This document shows, piece by piece, positions 38,191 through 49,592 of a stretch of DNA of 64,000 nucleotides (position 1 is its first letter; the number at the start of each line of letters is the position of its first letter). Below the pieces are notes generated by a model that was not told where the DNA came from, ran no database searches, and was given only the letters and a program-made list of their open reading frames with translations. The stretch is from Massalongia carnosa (lineage: Eukaryota). The stretch lies in NCBI GenBank assembly GCA_965645245.1, contig OZ287086.1:1178001-1242000 (forward strand), in the 5' to 3' direction. The translations under genes and the position numbers were made by a program.

Positions 38191-41100
38191 CTATCCGTAC
38201 AGCATGGTCGCTGCAATTGAAAACTGTTTTAGTATATCTGCCCGCATTAACCATGCTGTCAGCTTTTTCAATTTTGCGGAATTTTCAATTATCGTGCGAT
38301 AATTGTTAGTTTTCACTTGCTTAAATAATTCATTTCTTCCGTCTATCAGCTGACAGTGCATGATGACGTGTTTGGCCGTCTGCCTTGGCCATCCACATAT
38401 GCACGCCGGTGAGTTTACATTGGTTACCCTTCGGTTGAAAAGAAAGTTGGCTAGCCCGATTTTCTCCGTGCGAATTTGCGTTGCTAGTGAACTCTCCGCT
38501 TTTGCCATATTGCTGTGAATTTTTTGTCTCTTTTTGTCAAGCGAAGCTTGTTGAGCCTCGGTGGGGAGTGGAATGCTATTTTGATAAGTCGCCCATGTTG
38601 ACTTCCATATTTTCATATGATGCTCCATGAGCCGCGTATGATGTGCCCGTTGGGCCGTTCGCGCTTCTCTCAGCTCCTTGAGATATTCTGGACTGGCCTC
38701 GTACCACGGGGGCGCGGAAGGCGGTAATCTGACGGCGGCCTCTCCATTTAACATTGCCTTGGCCCATGTGTGTTTCAGTTCTCCGGGTGTTGGCGGTGGA
38801 GTTTTTCTTCGACCCGCTCTTTCCCGTAGCTTATTAGCTATTATCTTGCATGCGGAGTTAGCGAGTGCTTTTTGCCCCGTGATTCGTAGTCGATATCTGG
38901 CTTTAGCCTGCAGTTGATCTAAATACACATCTATTGGGGCTATGTGTGTTTCTGCCTCCAGCACCGGTATCGGGGTAGCCTTGAACGCTCCGGCGACTGT
39001 GCGTAGGCATCTGTTCTGAATGACCGCCAATTTGGACGTTATGGATTTATTTCTATTTACCTCTTTCGGGGTGTGCCAGACGATTGAACCATATGTCATG
39101 GCCGGCCGCACCACCGCCATGTATACTTGCCTTGCCCTAGCGAACGAAGCTCCCCAGGTAGACGTGGAGATTTTTGTTAAGGCCATGCTCTGCTTGACCA
39201 TCTTCTCCTGCGTTTTCCGTATGTGAGCACCCCACTTAAGTTTGGTATCTATTTGAAGACCGAGTATTCTTATATCCGCTTTTGGTTTGATTAAGCTGTT
39301 TTCTATATTAATAGTAGCCGTCATTTCAAATTTCTTTGGATTTCTAGATAAATGAATAAGCTCGTACTTAGTCGGAGCAAATAAGGATCCGTGCCGTAGA
39401 GCCCATCTTTCACATTCTCTGTGAATTCTTTCTAGCGTTCTGCAATTTTCTTGCGTGCTTTTCCCATATGCTAGTACATTGATGTCATCGACGAATCCGA
39501 GTCCGCTCGTTTTCGTGCCGGGCCTGTTACATATGTCTAGTAAATCCGCATTGTAGAACAAATACAGAATGGGAGAGATGGGTGAACCTTGCGGAATTCC
39601 GTTTCTCGCATCAAACTCGTCGGTGGTTCGTCGGTTGATCGTAAGAGTAGTCCTTCTGTTTTTCAAAAAGCATTCTATCCAGTTGGTGACCCACTGTGGA
39701 ATTTTTCTTCTTCGAGGATTGTGGATCAGTCTTTGATGCGAAACCGTGTCGTACGCGCCGGCCACGTCCATGCTGAGCAGCGTGGCAACTTTATCATTAC
39801 CTTGACCCCACACTGTGTGAATCTGTTCGGTTAACAGCTCCAGTGCTGACTCGGTGGACCTTTCCCGTCTGGCTCCCATCTGGGTACCCGGTAGTAACTC
39901 GTGCTTTTCGGCATGTGAGTGATCTTGCTTGCCATGATGGCTTCCATCACCTTGCCTAGCGTATTCAGCAGTGCTATCGGGCGATAGGCCTTCGGTGTTT
40001 CGTAATTGTCTTTGCCCGCCTTTTTCAGCGTTATCGTGTGCGCTGTTCTGAATGCTCGCGGGTGATATCCCAGATTTACGCACGCCTGAAATAAACAACT
40101 CGGTCAGCGTCTCAGAGCACGCTTTGAGAACTCTGTTGGGTATACCATCCGGTCCAGGAGCCGTGTCGGGTTTGAGGCGTAGAATGTTCGTGAGCACCTC
40201 TTTCTTCGTTATGACTGTTGGGCACTCCGAGGCTGCCGGATAGACCGACCCGGGTATGTCCTGTAGATCCGCCGGAGGCGGAGCAGGAAAGAAGATGCCT
40301 TTCAACATTTCAGCCTTCTCTTCGAAGGTGTTCGCACTGTGATTGTTGAAGATCAGTGTTGGCATTTTTGGTGTTTCGCGCGCCTTGTGACTCTTGTCCT
40401 TTGCCCATTTCGCCAGCCGCCATATGCCCTGAGATGATTCAGACGCTTTACTGATCTCGTTTCTGAATGACAATGTTTTGGCTTTCATGATTATCTTTTG
40501 CTTTTTGTCATTCGATTTCATGTACGTTTTCCAGTCATTGAGATTTCGAGAGGCTGTCCAAATTTTTCGAATTCTGCGTGTTTCTCTCATGGCGTTGTTG
40601 CAGTCCTCGTTCCACAATGGTTTTGCATAAGCACTAGGCCTTGCCCATGGAACGGCCGCAGATATTATTTCATGTAAGAACTTTTGTATTTTATCCGTCT
40701 GTCGATCAATCTCCTCCACTGTGCGAGGAAGTGTTATCGGGGGAGCGTTGCATTCTGCTGTTCTCAACTTTTCCATGTTCAGCAGCTTCCAGGCTCTGCG
40801 TTTTATCTGTGTTAGCGTCTCACTTTCCAAAGAGATGCGGGAGGATATCGGAATGTGATCGGATGACTGATTGAGTTCTAGTCTTAACATGCAGTGAATT
40901 AGCCTCTCTGTTAGGAATTCTGACATGAAAACCAAATCGATGGTGCTGAATGAGTTCCGGGCTTCCCATGTGACGGTTCCATTGGGCAGGGTTAGCGACA
41001 GATTGGCTTCATCCACTATATCTAGCAGCTGATCCGCGGCTGCGTGTTGCGTGGGTCTGGTGGCTCCATTCCAGAAAGGATCGTGTAGATTGAAATCCCC

Positions 41101-41556
41101 GAGTAAGATGTGATGAGCGTCGGCGGAGAGCTGGCGTTGAGCATCTGGGAGGGTGGAGGGGCTGTCTCTTGAAGAATATGAGGTGGGTGATGGATTATAG
41201 ACGTTGTGAATGTGTATTTCCTTGTGGCTTCCGTCATTCTCGCGGGGGTGCAATATCAATGTGCATATGTCAGCGGTTGGAAATTTTACTTTCCGGCTTT
41301 CCGGATCTATTTTATCGTTGATGTAGAAGCACACTCTCGTGTCACCTCCTGGCCGATAGAGTAGATGAAAGCCGCTTTGATGCGGGCTGAGCGTGGTCGC
41401 AGCGTGGGGGTTGCGCCACGGCTCCTGGATTGCTATGATGTCGTAGTCCTGTATATTTGAATCCGCTAGCAATGGTATCATAGTACTTACGCGATCATTT
41501 CTGACATTGTACTGTAGGATGCTAATTGATTTTTTTTGTCCTTCATAAAGCTTCAT
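38191..41556 (-). CDS. LINE ORF2: AP endonuclease, reverse transcriptase, C-terminal CCHC (contains an internally frame-shifted block)
   Basis: LQYNV, IQEP, LGDFN, SDH, PQGSPISPILY, FVDD, CICG..QTAKHVIMHC. Confidence 0.9.
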   Translation of the reverse strand: MKLYEGQKKSISILQYNVRNDRVSTMIPLLADSNIQDYDIIAIQEPWRNPHAATTLSPHQSGFHLLYRPGGDTRVCFYINDKIDPESRKVKFPTADICTLILHPRENDGSHKEIHIHNVYNPSPTSYSSRDSPSTLPDAQRQLSADAHHILLGDFNLHDPFWNGATRPTQHAAADQLLDIVDEANLSLTLPNGTVTWEARNSFSTIDLVFMSEFLTERLIHCMLRLELNQSSDHIPISSRISLESETLTQIKRRAWKLLNMEKLRTAECNAPPITLPRTVEEIDRQTDKIQKFLHEIISAAVPWARPSAYAKPLWNEDCNNAMRETRRIRKIWTASRNLNDWKTYMKSNDKKQKIIMKAKTLSFRNEISKASESSQGIWRLAKWAKDKSHKARETPKMPTLIFNNHSANTFEEKAEMLKGIFFPAPPPADLQDIPGSVYPAASECPTVITKKEVLTNILRLKPDTAPGPDGIPNRVLKACSETLTELFISGVRKSGISPASIQNSAHDNAEKGGQRQLRNTEGLSPDSTAEYARQGDGSHHGKQDHSHAEKHELLPGTQMGARRERSTESALELLTEQIHTVWGQGNDKVATLLSMDVAGAYDTVSHQRLIHNPRRRKIPQWVTNWIECFLKNRRTTLTINRRTTDEFDARNGIPQGSPISPILYLFYNADLLDICNRPGTKTSGLGFVDDINVLAYGKSTQENCRTLERIHRECERWALRHGSLFAPTKYELIHLSRNPKKFEMTATINIENSLIKPKADIRILGLQIDTKLKWGAHIRKTQEKMVKQSMALTKISTSTWGASFARARQVYMAVVRPAMTYGSIVWHTPKEVNRNKSITSKLAVIQNRCLRTVAGAFKATPIPVLEAETHIAPIDVYLDQLQAKARYRLRITGQKALANSACKIIANKLRERAGRRKTPPPTPGELKHTWAKAMLNGEAAVRLPPSAPPWYEASPEYLKELREARTAQRAHHTRLMEHHMKIWKSTWATYQNSIPLPTEAQQASLDKKRQKIHSNMAKAESSLATQIRTEKIGLANFLFNRRVTNVNSPACICGWPRQTAKHVIMHCQLIDGRNELFKQVKTNNYRTIIENSAKLKKLTAWLMRADILKQFSIAATMLYG

Positions 41557-43188
41557 CCATGTCTCTCGAGGGAGTCGTTTTCGATTGGGTAGGGATTTGT
41601 ACTTCCAAATGGGCCCCTTGCGGAGCGGTCGCGGTGCGATGGTGGGTGGGGGGCGGAGCGGTTAGGGTGACTGCTGGTTTGGATGGGAGAGGGATGGGAG
41701 GAGATAGGGTAGTAGGGGGGCAGGGGGCACTATTGACAGCGTTGGGGGGTCTACCCAGAGTGGGCTTCGCCATCGCCCTTATTCTGTTTGCCGGGTTCAT
41801 GATCTCGATGTCCTTCCATGTGATTCCGGTCTCGGCACCTGGTAGGCTCCTCGGCTGATTCGCCTGTGTGGCGGATTGGGTTATTGTGCGCGATATTTTC
41901 CTTTTTTTCCCATTAATAAGACTCCATGTGGTAGGTAGGTCTTCCGTCCGTAAGTCTAGGTCTACCGTTGTAGTCCCTGCCTCTGCTGGGGGGTTGCTGG
42001 CGCCACCGCCAGCCCTTCAGCTTCGTATAGATGCGCTTTTCATTTCCTTGCGTCGTTTACTTTCTTCTTCTCCTTCGCTCGAACCACACACACAGGGGAC
42101 CACGCTGGGTGACCAGACTTCTCGCACGTGGCACACATGGGGTGGGCTCCGGTCGTCTCGGGATTGCACTCGTGCGTAGGATGTCCGCCGGCACAACGCC
42201 CACAGGCCGTGGGGTGTTTACACCATTTGCTGATATGCCCATACTTATAGCAGTTGAAGCATTGCACTAGTATGTTATTTTTGTGAAATATTTCACAGTG
42301 ATTGATCTCGTAGTCTACGAGCAGACCTTCGTTGATGAGCTGGTTGGCCATCGGTGCAGTTTCAACTTCCATGTGCAGCGTAGAGTGCACTTTTCCTTCT
42401 CTGATGGCCTTGTTGGACCAAGCGACCTTTACGATCTTCAGTCCCGCATGCAGTCGTGCATTAACGGCATGTAGGTACTCAATGGCTCTCGTCTGATTGG
42501 TGACGTCGATGTGTTGCATCCTGACGCCACGTACCTGTATGGCAAAGGTACGCCTTTGCACCGCTGCCGATGCGGCTACTTCACGCACCCAGCCCGTATT
42601 GTCATACAGAGACATCTTAATCGCTGCCGTTTCGGTGTGTATCCTAATGTCTCCACTGTTGAGACGCGATACTCCTATTATTCCTGCATTTCTCTTCTGT
42701 AGCGCCTCCACCAAGTCCTTTGTGGACGTTTGCTTTATTCTTTCTCGATCCTCGCTCTTCGTCACTCGTATGGTGAGTTCCCTTGCCCTTTTGATCATAC
42801 TTGGTGTTTGTTCCTTCGCTTTCTGCGTCTTTACGTTGTTTAGAGTGCTTCGAACCGGCACAGATCCGCCCTCATTGAGGTGTCCCGCCGCGGCGACGGC
42901 GGCATAGTTTCTTGCTGTTGGGATCTCCTTTCTGCTTTCAATTCTCTGTAGAGTGCTTTTGATATCATTTAGAGCAGATACCACGTGTGTGGTGTCGTGC
43001 GATTTTTTGTCTAATTGATTTTGTGCCTCCAGCACAATTCTCGATTCCTGCAAAATTTGCAACGCTACCGGGTCTCCTACTTTACCCACACGGTCAAGAT
43101 ACTCTTTGATTTTAATTACCAGAGACTCCTTCGCCTTTCTATGCTCACTTTCGCACTGTGCACTTCTTGGTACGAGATTTTCGTTCAT
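41543..43188 (-). pseudogene. LINE ORF1 (gag-like, three zinc knuckles), frameshifted near 42040
   Basis: QCFNCYKYGHISKWC, CGRCAGGH, CATCEKSGHPAWSPVC; 3' part lies in another frame overlapping the ORF2 start. Confidence 0.85.
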
Positions 43189-43349
43189 GGTCGCCCCTTC
43201 CGTTCGCAAGTACGTATCAACAATTAAGTGTAGTAAAGGTTATTCTATTCGTCTACAAAAAGACTTCGTTACATTTGAAATAGAAGAGGAAGTAGGCGAC
43301 GAAGTCGACGACACCGGCGAGGTTGATTTTCAGGAGCAGTTGGGTTATT

Positions 43350-43405
43350 TGATTTGAATTTGATTATTCTTACGCCGTTGTGTCACCGGCCAAAGGCCGA
43401 CTCAT
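43350..43405 (-). mobile_element. 56-bp 5'-truncated LINE insertion (3' end only)
   Basis: Similar to the LINE 3' end at 37950-37990; (TCAAA)n tail; 14-bp TSD GCAGTTGGGTTATT. Confidence 0.8.
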
Positions 43406-44420
43406 GCAGTTGGGTTATTATTAGTATAACTACTATTATAACTTTTTTCATGCTTGATCTTTGTAGAAAAAAAGTCCCATCGTTATTTGATTGGTTTTTT
43501 GCGTGTAAAAGTTGAAAAGACGAACTTTGCTATCCGCCGAACTTTGCTTTCCCCGACTAGAGGCGAACGCCTCGAGTCGGCCGAGGTAAGCGAGAGACTA
43601 GCCGACGATTAGTTCAACAAAGGCAAATATCGCTGGATTGACAATGAAAAGCATTATCCGCTGAATACAGCTCATATTAATCCTTGGACCCAAGCCATCG
43701 AGGAGGGAAATCCACTCATGAAAGGCCTCTACCGACTACATTAGAGGTTCTTTTTTCATCAAAACGAAAGGCCGATGCTCTCGAAAAGAAAGAGCAAAAA
43801 GCAATCGTTAAAGAATCCGTCCCTTCGGCAATATATTCGATGACTGCAGGTCCAGCATATCCACCTCCTTGTTATCCATTTTTATATCCATATCAACAAC
43901 CCTCAGCCTTATTGTATCCTTAACTATATTTTCCCCTTCCTTCCCCTTCCGTATATCAGAATATGCCTTCAGCACAGCCTATTCAGCAAGAAAAATGGGA
44001 GAAAGTGGAGAAGAAGGTAAAAGCAGAAGCATAAAAAGATGAAGAACTCATCTGAATTAACAACCGCTCTACCGTTAAGCTTCACCTCCGTTCCTATTCC
44101 AAGCAGTCCGGTGGAGCAAGGTGATTTGTATGATTATATTTTATGGCATATAAAAATCACACCTAGATTGAAGTTTCAATTTAGACACGCCTATAAAATA
44201 CTGGAGGATAAGTGTTATGATTTACAAACCATTCAGCAGTGGAAATGTACTGCTTATGAGGAAAAATGGGAGAAAACGGGAATCGAACCTGGCATCGGCA
44301 TACGTTTGGCCCACCATGTTAGCAAATTTGCTAGACAATTGAAGCAGCAATCATCCGAGCATGATTCTGAATCTATAATTGTTCCTCCTCCATCAGAATC
44401 ATGTTCCTCTAGTCAATCTC

Positions 44421-44860
44421 TATCAAAGAATTTCCGGCCAAACTTTAATGTTCGTCCGCTAACTAGTTCTACTAGGACTACACAAAAGGCTTTGCTAGTA
44501 AAGCGCAGCCACCTTGTGTTTATTGCTATTCTAGTCTTTGGGCAAAGTCCTGACCCTAGGGTGTGGCATGACACCGTTCGTGCGCCGTCCGCGCCGGGTA
44601 CGGAGCCGCAACGGGTAGGCTACGGGGTCCATGGACGCTGTAGATGCGAACCCTGGGGTCAAGACATACTCCATCTATCTAAGCGACAGACTGTGTAGGA
44701 GAGGGCGGGTGGGTGAAACAGCGAAACACGATTTTTGATGAGTGTTGATAAGGAGAGAGAGAAGAGATGGGAGGATGGAGGAGGTGAAGAGTTTTTCACC
44801 TCCCTGCTAGCGTCCGGCCCTATCCCGCTTACACGCCTGGTGCCGTCCGTCACGGTGACA
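44421..44860 (-). repeat. Probable solo LTR (left end uncertain)
   Basis: Minus strand starts TGTCACCGTG at 44860; AATAAA near 44520; no clean TSD. Confidence 0.45.
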
Positions 44861-44905
44861 ACTTCACTAGCCCCGGGCAAGCTTGTACGTAATGACGAGG
44901 ACGTA

Positions 44906-45053
44906 CGCCGCGCAACTGGTTCGGTTTCTCTACTGAAATCCCAACCCGTTTGTGGCGAACCCTATGATTTTTGGTGTCCGGGTTGAGTTTTGAAAGAAAA
45001 ACCCGGTGGCGAAAAAGCAAATTTGTGGTGAAAACTCAACCCGTTGCGCGGCG
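44906..45053. mobile_element. MITE (148 bp)
   Basis: TA+CGCCGCGCAAC...GTTGCGCGGCG+TA; homologous terminus at 9500-10372. Confidence 0.8.
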
Positions 45054-45185
45054 TACGAGGAGGGAGAGGAGAAGGAGGAGGACCTAGACGAGGAGGACGA
45101 GGAGGAGGAGGAGGAGGAAATTCAGGAGGACGAGGAGGACAAGGAGGATGATACGGAAGACAGTAGCTGATGAGGAAATTGATTT

Positions 45186-45665
45186 TTATGGATTATATTC
45201 AATACTAGACTGTCGAAACAATGCACCTGCATCATGTGAAACATTTTCACTTATAGCCTGCAGTGCATCTTCTAAAAATCTCCCAAATCCACCAGTTTCC
45301 TCTGTATATGAATCAATTAAACTGCTGTGACGTTTAATCCAGGCCTTTAGAATAGAGAATGAAGTCTTTATTGGATTAAAATCGGGTGAATACGGAGGCA
45401 AATGAACCAGCAAACATTTGCATCCTGACACATGATCCTCAATTCCTCACTCCAATGTATAGAGGCATTATCTATAATCAAAACCGAACGAGGACCATTA
45501 CCTCCAGCGCAGTATGGTAAAACCTTGAGCCTGACGAATTCATTCAGAATATCTGATGTTATAGAGCCATGATGCACCTCCCAAGCTATGAAACCGTCGA
45601 TGGTGAACGCTAGTAATATAATCCATCTCTTAGAACGTTTGAGCGCTTGAATCGTGGTCGGTTTG
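45186..45665 (-). pseudogene. IS630/Tc1-like (DDE_3) transposase, C-terminal half
   Basis: SVLIIDNASIH, HLPPYSPDFNPIKTSFSILKAWIKRH; same subfamily as 4974-6472. Confidence 0.85.
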
Positions 45666-45695
45666 ATTCATGATGCGGCCTATCCAAATCGACGA

Positions 45696-46880
45696 TCATC
45701 TAAAGTAACAACAACTAGTTAATGGCCCCCCCTGAGCCTTAATTACCATGTGACAACGTTTAGGCATACTCGCTATGCACTTCCGAAAGTCCCTCGCAGT
45801 CAACTTGTCCCATTCGTTCATCAATGCCTCCGTCATGGCCTCAACTGAATGAATTTGATAATGACGGGCACTGACTCGTATTTTGATGATACGCCACAGA
45901 TTCTCAATGGGGTTGAGGTCTGGTGATTGAGCCGGCCATTTCATGCGTAAAAGCCCTACCTCTCGTCCAAAATCAAGCACCTTCTTTGAAGTATGCTAAC
46001 CGGCCCCATCATCCATCCAAATCATCAGACCTCTCTTTGCCACGCATCTTTCATAAAAGGGCACTCCCAGCGGCTTTAGCACCTCCTCAATGTAGATTTC
46101 AGAGTTCATTCGTCTTCCTCTCGTCAAAACGAGCATCGGTCCCTTGATACTCAAAGTTATAGCTGCCCAAATGCCTATAGTGCTTCTTCCACTTTTGAAT
46201 GTAGGCTTTAAGTATCGAGCCTCAAATGCATTTCTTTTTCGGCGTGTAACATAGCAACTTCGAGAGTCTAAACCCGTTTCAAACGTAGCTTCATCTGTTC
46301 ATATAACACATAGCCAAACATTCATTGTCCATTCCTTGTACTCTCGAGCCCAGGCCAGCCTAGCCTTCTTGTGACGTTCATTTAGAAAGGGCTTCCTTCG
46401 AGCCTTAAGGCGTAAATAACCGGCCGCCTTCAGATACCTTCGTACGGTGGAGTGAGAGGTCTTCTGTCCCGTTTTAGAAGGGGTGGCCAAAGCCAGAAGA
46501 TTGTCGTGAGGAAAACTCTCCACATGACGAATTAATTGACGCCTGGCACGGGTATCAAGCTTGGGGGGACGACCGAATCGTTTTTTTTCTTAAGGGGATT
46601 TTTTTTTGAAGACCTGGTATGACGATGTATAATGGTGGTAACGGTCGATTTAGCTAATTTCAAATGGTCAGCTATTTGACCATGTGATTTTTTTAGCTGA
46701 TGTAGGGCAATGATGGTGGAAATGGTCTCGGCTGAATGTTCACGTCTTTTGGTCTTCGGTTTTGAAGGCATGAGGTAAATTAAGAAAAATGGTGGAGAAA
46801 TGGGAGGTGGAAAATGAGGGAGTTTATTTCGATGGGGTAAAATGACGTCAACGATCGGTGACTTTTGGTACCGATTTGTG
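45696..46880 (-). mobile_element. Tc1-like element with a disrupted transposase (46771-~45720); only one putative terminus evident
   Basis: HTH N-terminus, TDEATFE, WPAQSPDLNPIENLW. Confidence 0.83.
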
Positions 46881-47659
46881 CGTCTTCAAGGCTCAGTACT
46901 CGAGCCTTTCCACCATAGTGAGCGCTACGATTGGCTCGATGATGACGCCGTACATTGGCCTGAAGAAGTTCGGTGTTGGTAATTCGTAGCAAGGTAGAGT
47001 CGGCAATGGCATATTTGGCCCCTTTTATCAATTTATTTAAAGCTCGGGCGGGTGTCGAGTCCGAATTTTCATTCTTTCGAATTCGACAAACCAACTGATT
47101 TATTTGATTGATATTTGCAGGTGTCTTTTCTACTCCGATAATAGCTTCATGAGAGTTCTGAAGTGTTATCGGAGTACCAGGATGAGAAGCAGACGCGATC
47201 TCCGTATCAATTCCAACACTAGAGCTTCTTGTGACAGTGGTAGTGGTGATGATGGTGTTAATGCTATCAGTCTTTCGCAACACCGATTGTTTATTAGTCA
47301 GTTTCTGTAGCACCAATGACGGATTGAATGGTACTAATCCGGTAGTTCTCCATGCAGTGAGTACGTTTTTCTCGCTGATTGCTTCCTTTCTTGCCTCTTG
47401 AATGATCTTCAAAAAGTCTATCTTGTCAATCGAGCAGAGGTTGAACGGGGTGACGACCTCCAGTCGTTTTTTATACTCCCAGGACAGAGGCCCAAACACA
47501 CTTACATCTAGAGGTTGTAGCATATGTGTTGTATGAGGAGGTAAACATAGTAAAATGATTTTCTTTTCATTGCAGAACTTGATGAATTCGGTAGAAATAT
47601 GGGAAGCATGACCGTCAACCACAAGAAGTCGATATTCACCGTGTAAATATTTTTCAGTA

Positions 47660-49592
47660 ATCGTGCCAAAACACTAAACCCCAACCGAGTCAGGGTCTAG
47701 TGCCCGACGGTCTACTGACGCATACAGTCTACTGACGCACTTTTCCCATTTTCACTACCATTTCTGCTACAAATCAAGGACAACAACGGTTATGCAGAAA
47801 CTGATTAATTATGACGCTGGTAAAATAGCTTCGCTTGTCTGGGCATCGATCTGGCGATTCTTTTATACCTTTTGTCCAGGGCAATCTGCTTCTTTTCAGC
47901 AGCTAGTGTAGCACGTTCATAGGCCAGTCTGGTCTTTCCCACCTCGTTCTGACAACGTTTCGAGGTTTTGGCCCGTACATCTCCTACAGTTATGACCCCT
48001 CCCTTCTGGGCGACCTTTCCATCCAATTTTCTACGGGCCGCCTTCGCGATGGACTGTTGTTGACTGGCTCGAAGGTCCCGCTCAATAATCTGACGTGCAT
48101 ACGCATTGGAAATAGAGCCCTTCACAAATCGATTCACATGACAATCCCATTCATTGTCCAGCACGTTGTATTTCTTCAAACTCATTCGAAGGTGTAAGCC
48201 ATATTCAACCACCTCTTTAGTCGTACGGGGCGTTCTGGCGAGCAGAGGGGCTGACAAAGGTGGGGGCGGGGTAGCAGGTCTCCGAGTTTGAATTGCCTCC
48301 AGCTTTCGAATTATCACATTGGGGTTATAAGGCACCAGACCCGTGTTTCTGAATGACGATAATATGGTAGATGAGGTGAATGTTTGATTTCGCATGCGCT
48401 GAAAAATGGACAAAAAATCCAGTTTGTCGAAATCTGCCCCTCCGAGTCGCACCATTTCGTCAATGCCTTCGGAATGATAATGTTTGAACGGCTGAAAACA
48501 TCCTACATCCAATGGCTGAGTGAGATGTGTTGAATGAGAAGGCAAACGAAACAATTCAATGTGATTTCGTTTGGCATATGTAAAAAACTCATATGTCATA
48601 TGAGATCCATACCCGTCCATGATCAACATACGCCAGGCCCCTACCTGACCCTTTCGACTGTGTTTATCGAAATGTTTCAACCAATCAATAGCCAAATCAT
48701 CATTGGAATAGCCGGTAGGACTAGTAGTCAACAAAACATCGTCATTCAGATCGTTTTGTTGTGTCCACTTTTCGAGAATCAAAGCCCCCGCGATAATCAC
48801 CATGGGGGAATGTTTTGCCCCCCAGCACTAATACACTCACACGAGGTAACATATTCTCTATTATCTGGATCTGTCAATAGCAAGGGCTTTCTGGAGTGAG
48901 TTGATATAACCCAATGAGCCCTGCCACAGCCAATTCGAAAGCCCGTTTCATCCATGTTCCAAACGTCCTCGTCCGCTATTCCCCGCGTCTTTCGCGCAGT
49001 TCGATATGCTTCAAAATACTCGAGCATGTCCTTTGCATCGTGCGCGTGTTTTCGCTCAGCGGCCAGAGGTTTTTGTTTTCGCTTGAAAAATTGAGGATGA
49101 CGATTGAAGAAACGTTTGGTCCAGGCCTCGCTGACGTGAGGGGGGGGGATGGAGGCGTCTAAATGAGCTTCTCGAAGTAGATAATTAGCAGCCCCCCGAA
49201 CCATTGAAAACCTGGCTGATTGTTCGGCTTGATCGAGCATCACAATATATTCACAAAGGGCCAATTCTTGTTCATCAGATAAGGCCTTGTTGGGGCCAGA
49301 TCGACCGATGCGCGAACCCCCTCCAGCAAGTCGTCTTTGAAGCGTACGAATGTCGACATCGAAATCAATGGCTACTGCGCGTATACTTCGAAATTCACCC
49401 GTGTTCCACGCGTTAATAGCATCGACAATTTGATCCTCCTTATTAGAATATGAGTTAGGCATGGTGGTGGTAGATGAAAGACGTGGTGAAAATGGTAGTG
49501 AAATGGGAAAAGTGCGTCAGTAGACTGTATGCGTCAGTAGACCGTCGGGCACTAGACCCTGACTCGGTTGGGGTTTAGTGTTTTGGCACGAT
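47660..49592 (-). mobile_element. Young pogo/Fot1-type transposon (1.93 kb)
   Basis: ~90-bp TIRs, identical by eye, ATCGTGCCAAAACACTAAACCCC...; TA TSD. Confidence 0.95.
47805..49462 (-). pseudogene. pogo DDE transposase with a single 1-nt frameshift near 48805
   Basis: VWNMDETGF, IMDGYGSH, TQPLDVGCFQ; two ORFs join at a C homopolymer (NIPP|MVII). Confidence 0.88.

Larger units (their letters stand above)
37930..43228 (-). mobile_element. Tad-like LINE, essentially full length
   Basis: 16-bp TSD TGTAGTAAAGGTTATT (37914-29, 43229-44); (ATC)n tail; 3' stem-loop GGCCTTCGGCC; two ORFs. Confidence 0.95.
28619..43609 (+). mobile_element. pogo/Fot1-type transposon (RIP-like degraded) expanded to 15 kb by five nested insertions
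   Basis: ~100-bp TIRs ATCGTC..CTAGTCTCTC..CTTACCTCGGCCGACTCGAGGCG; INFDETGFRVG, IMDNHGSH, MQPLDVGMFQ; many TAG/TAA/TGA stops. Confidence 0.9.
43612..45185 (+). pseudogene. 3' part of the unknown accessory gene (WID..HYPL motif, Pro/Tyr-rich linker, helical domain, acidic tail), interrupted by an LTR and a MITE
   Basis: KYRWIDNEKHYPLNTAH, SSPVEQGDLYDYILWH..GIEPGIGIRL; E/D-rich coding at 45056-45180; converges on the transposase stop at 45186. Confidence 0.55.

Noticed and set aside
43190..43228. Ribozyme at the 5' end of the Tad-like LINE
   Set aside because: Only ~40 nt of leader; no HDV or hammerhead core visible
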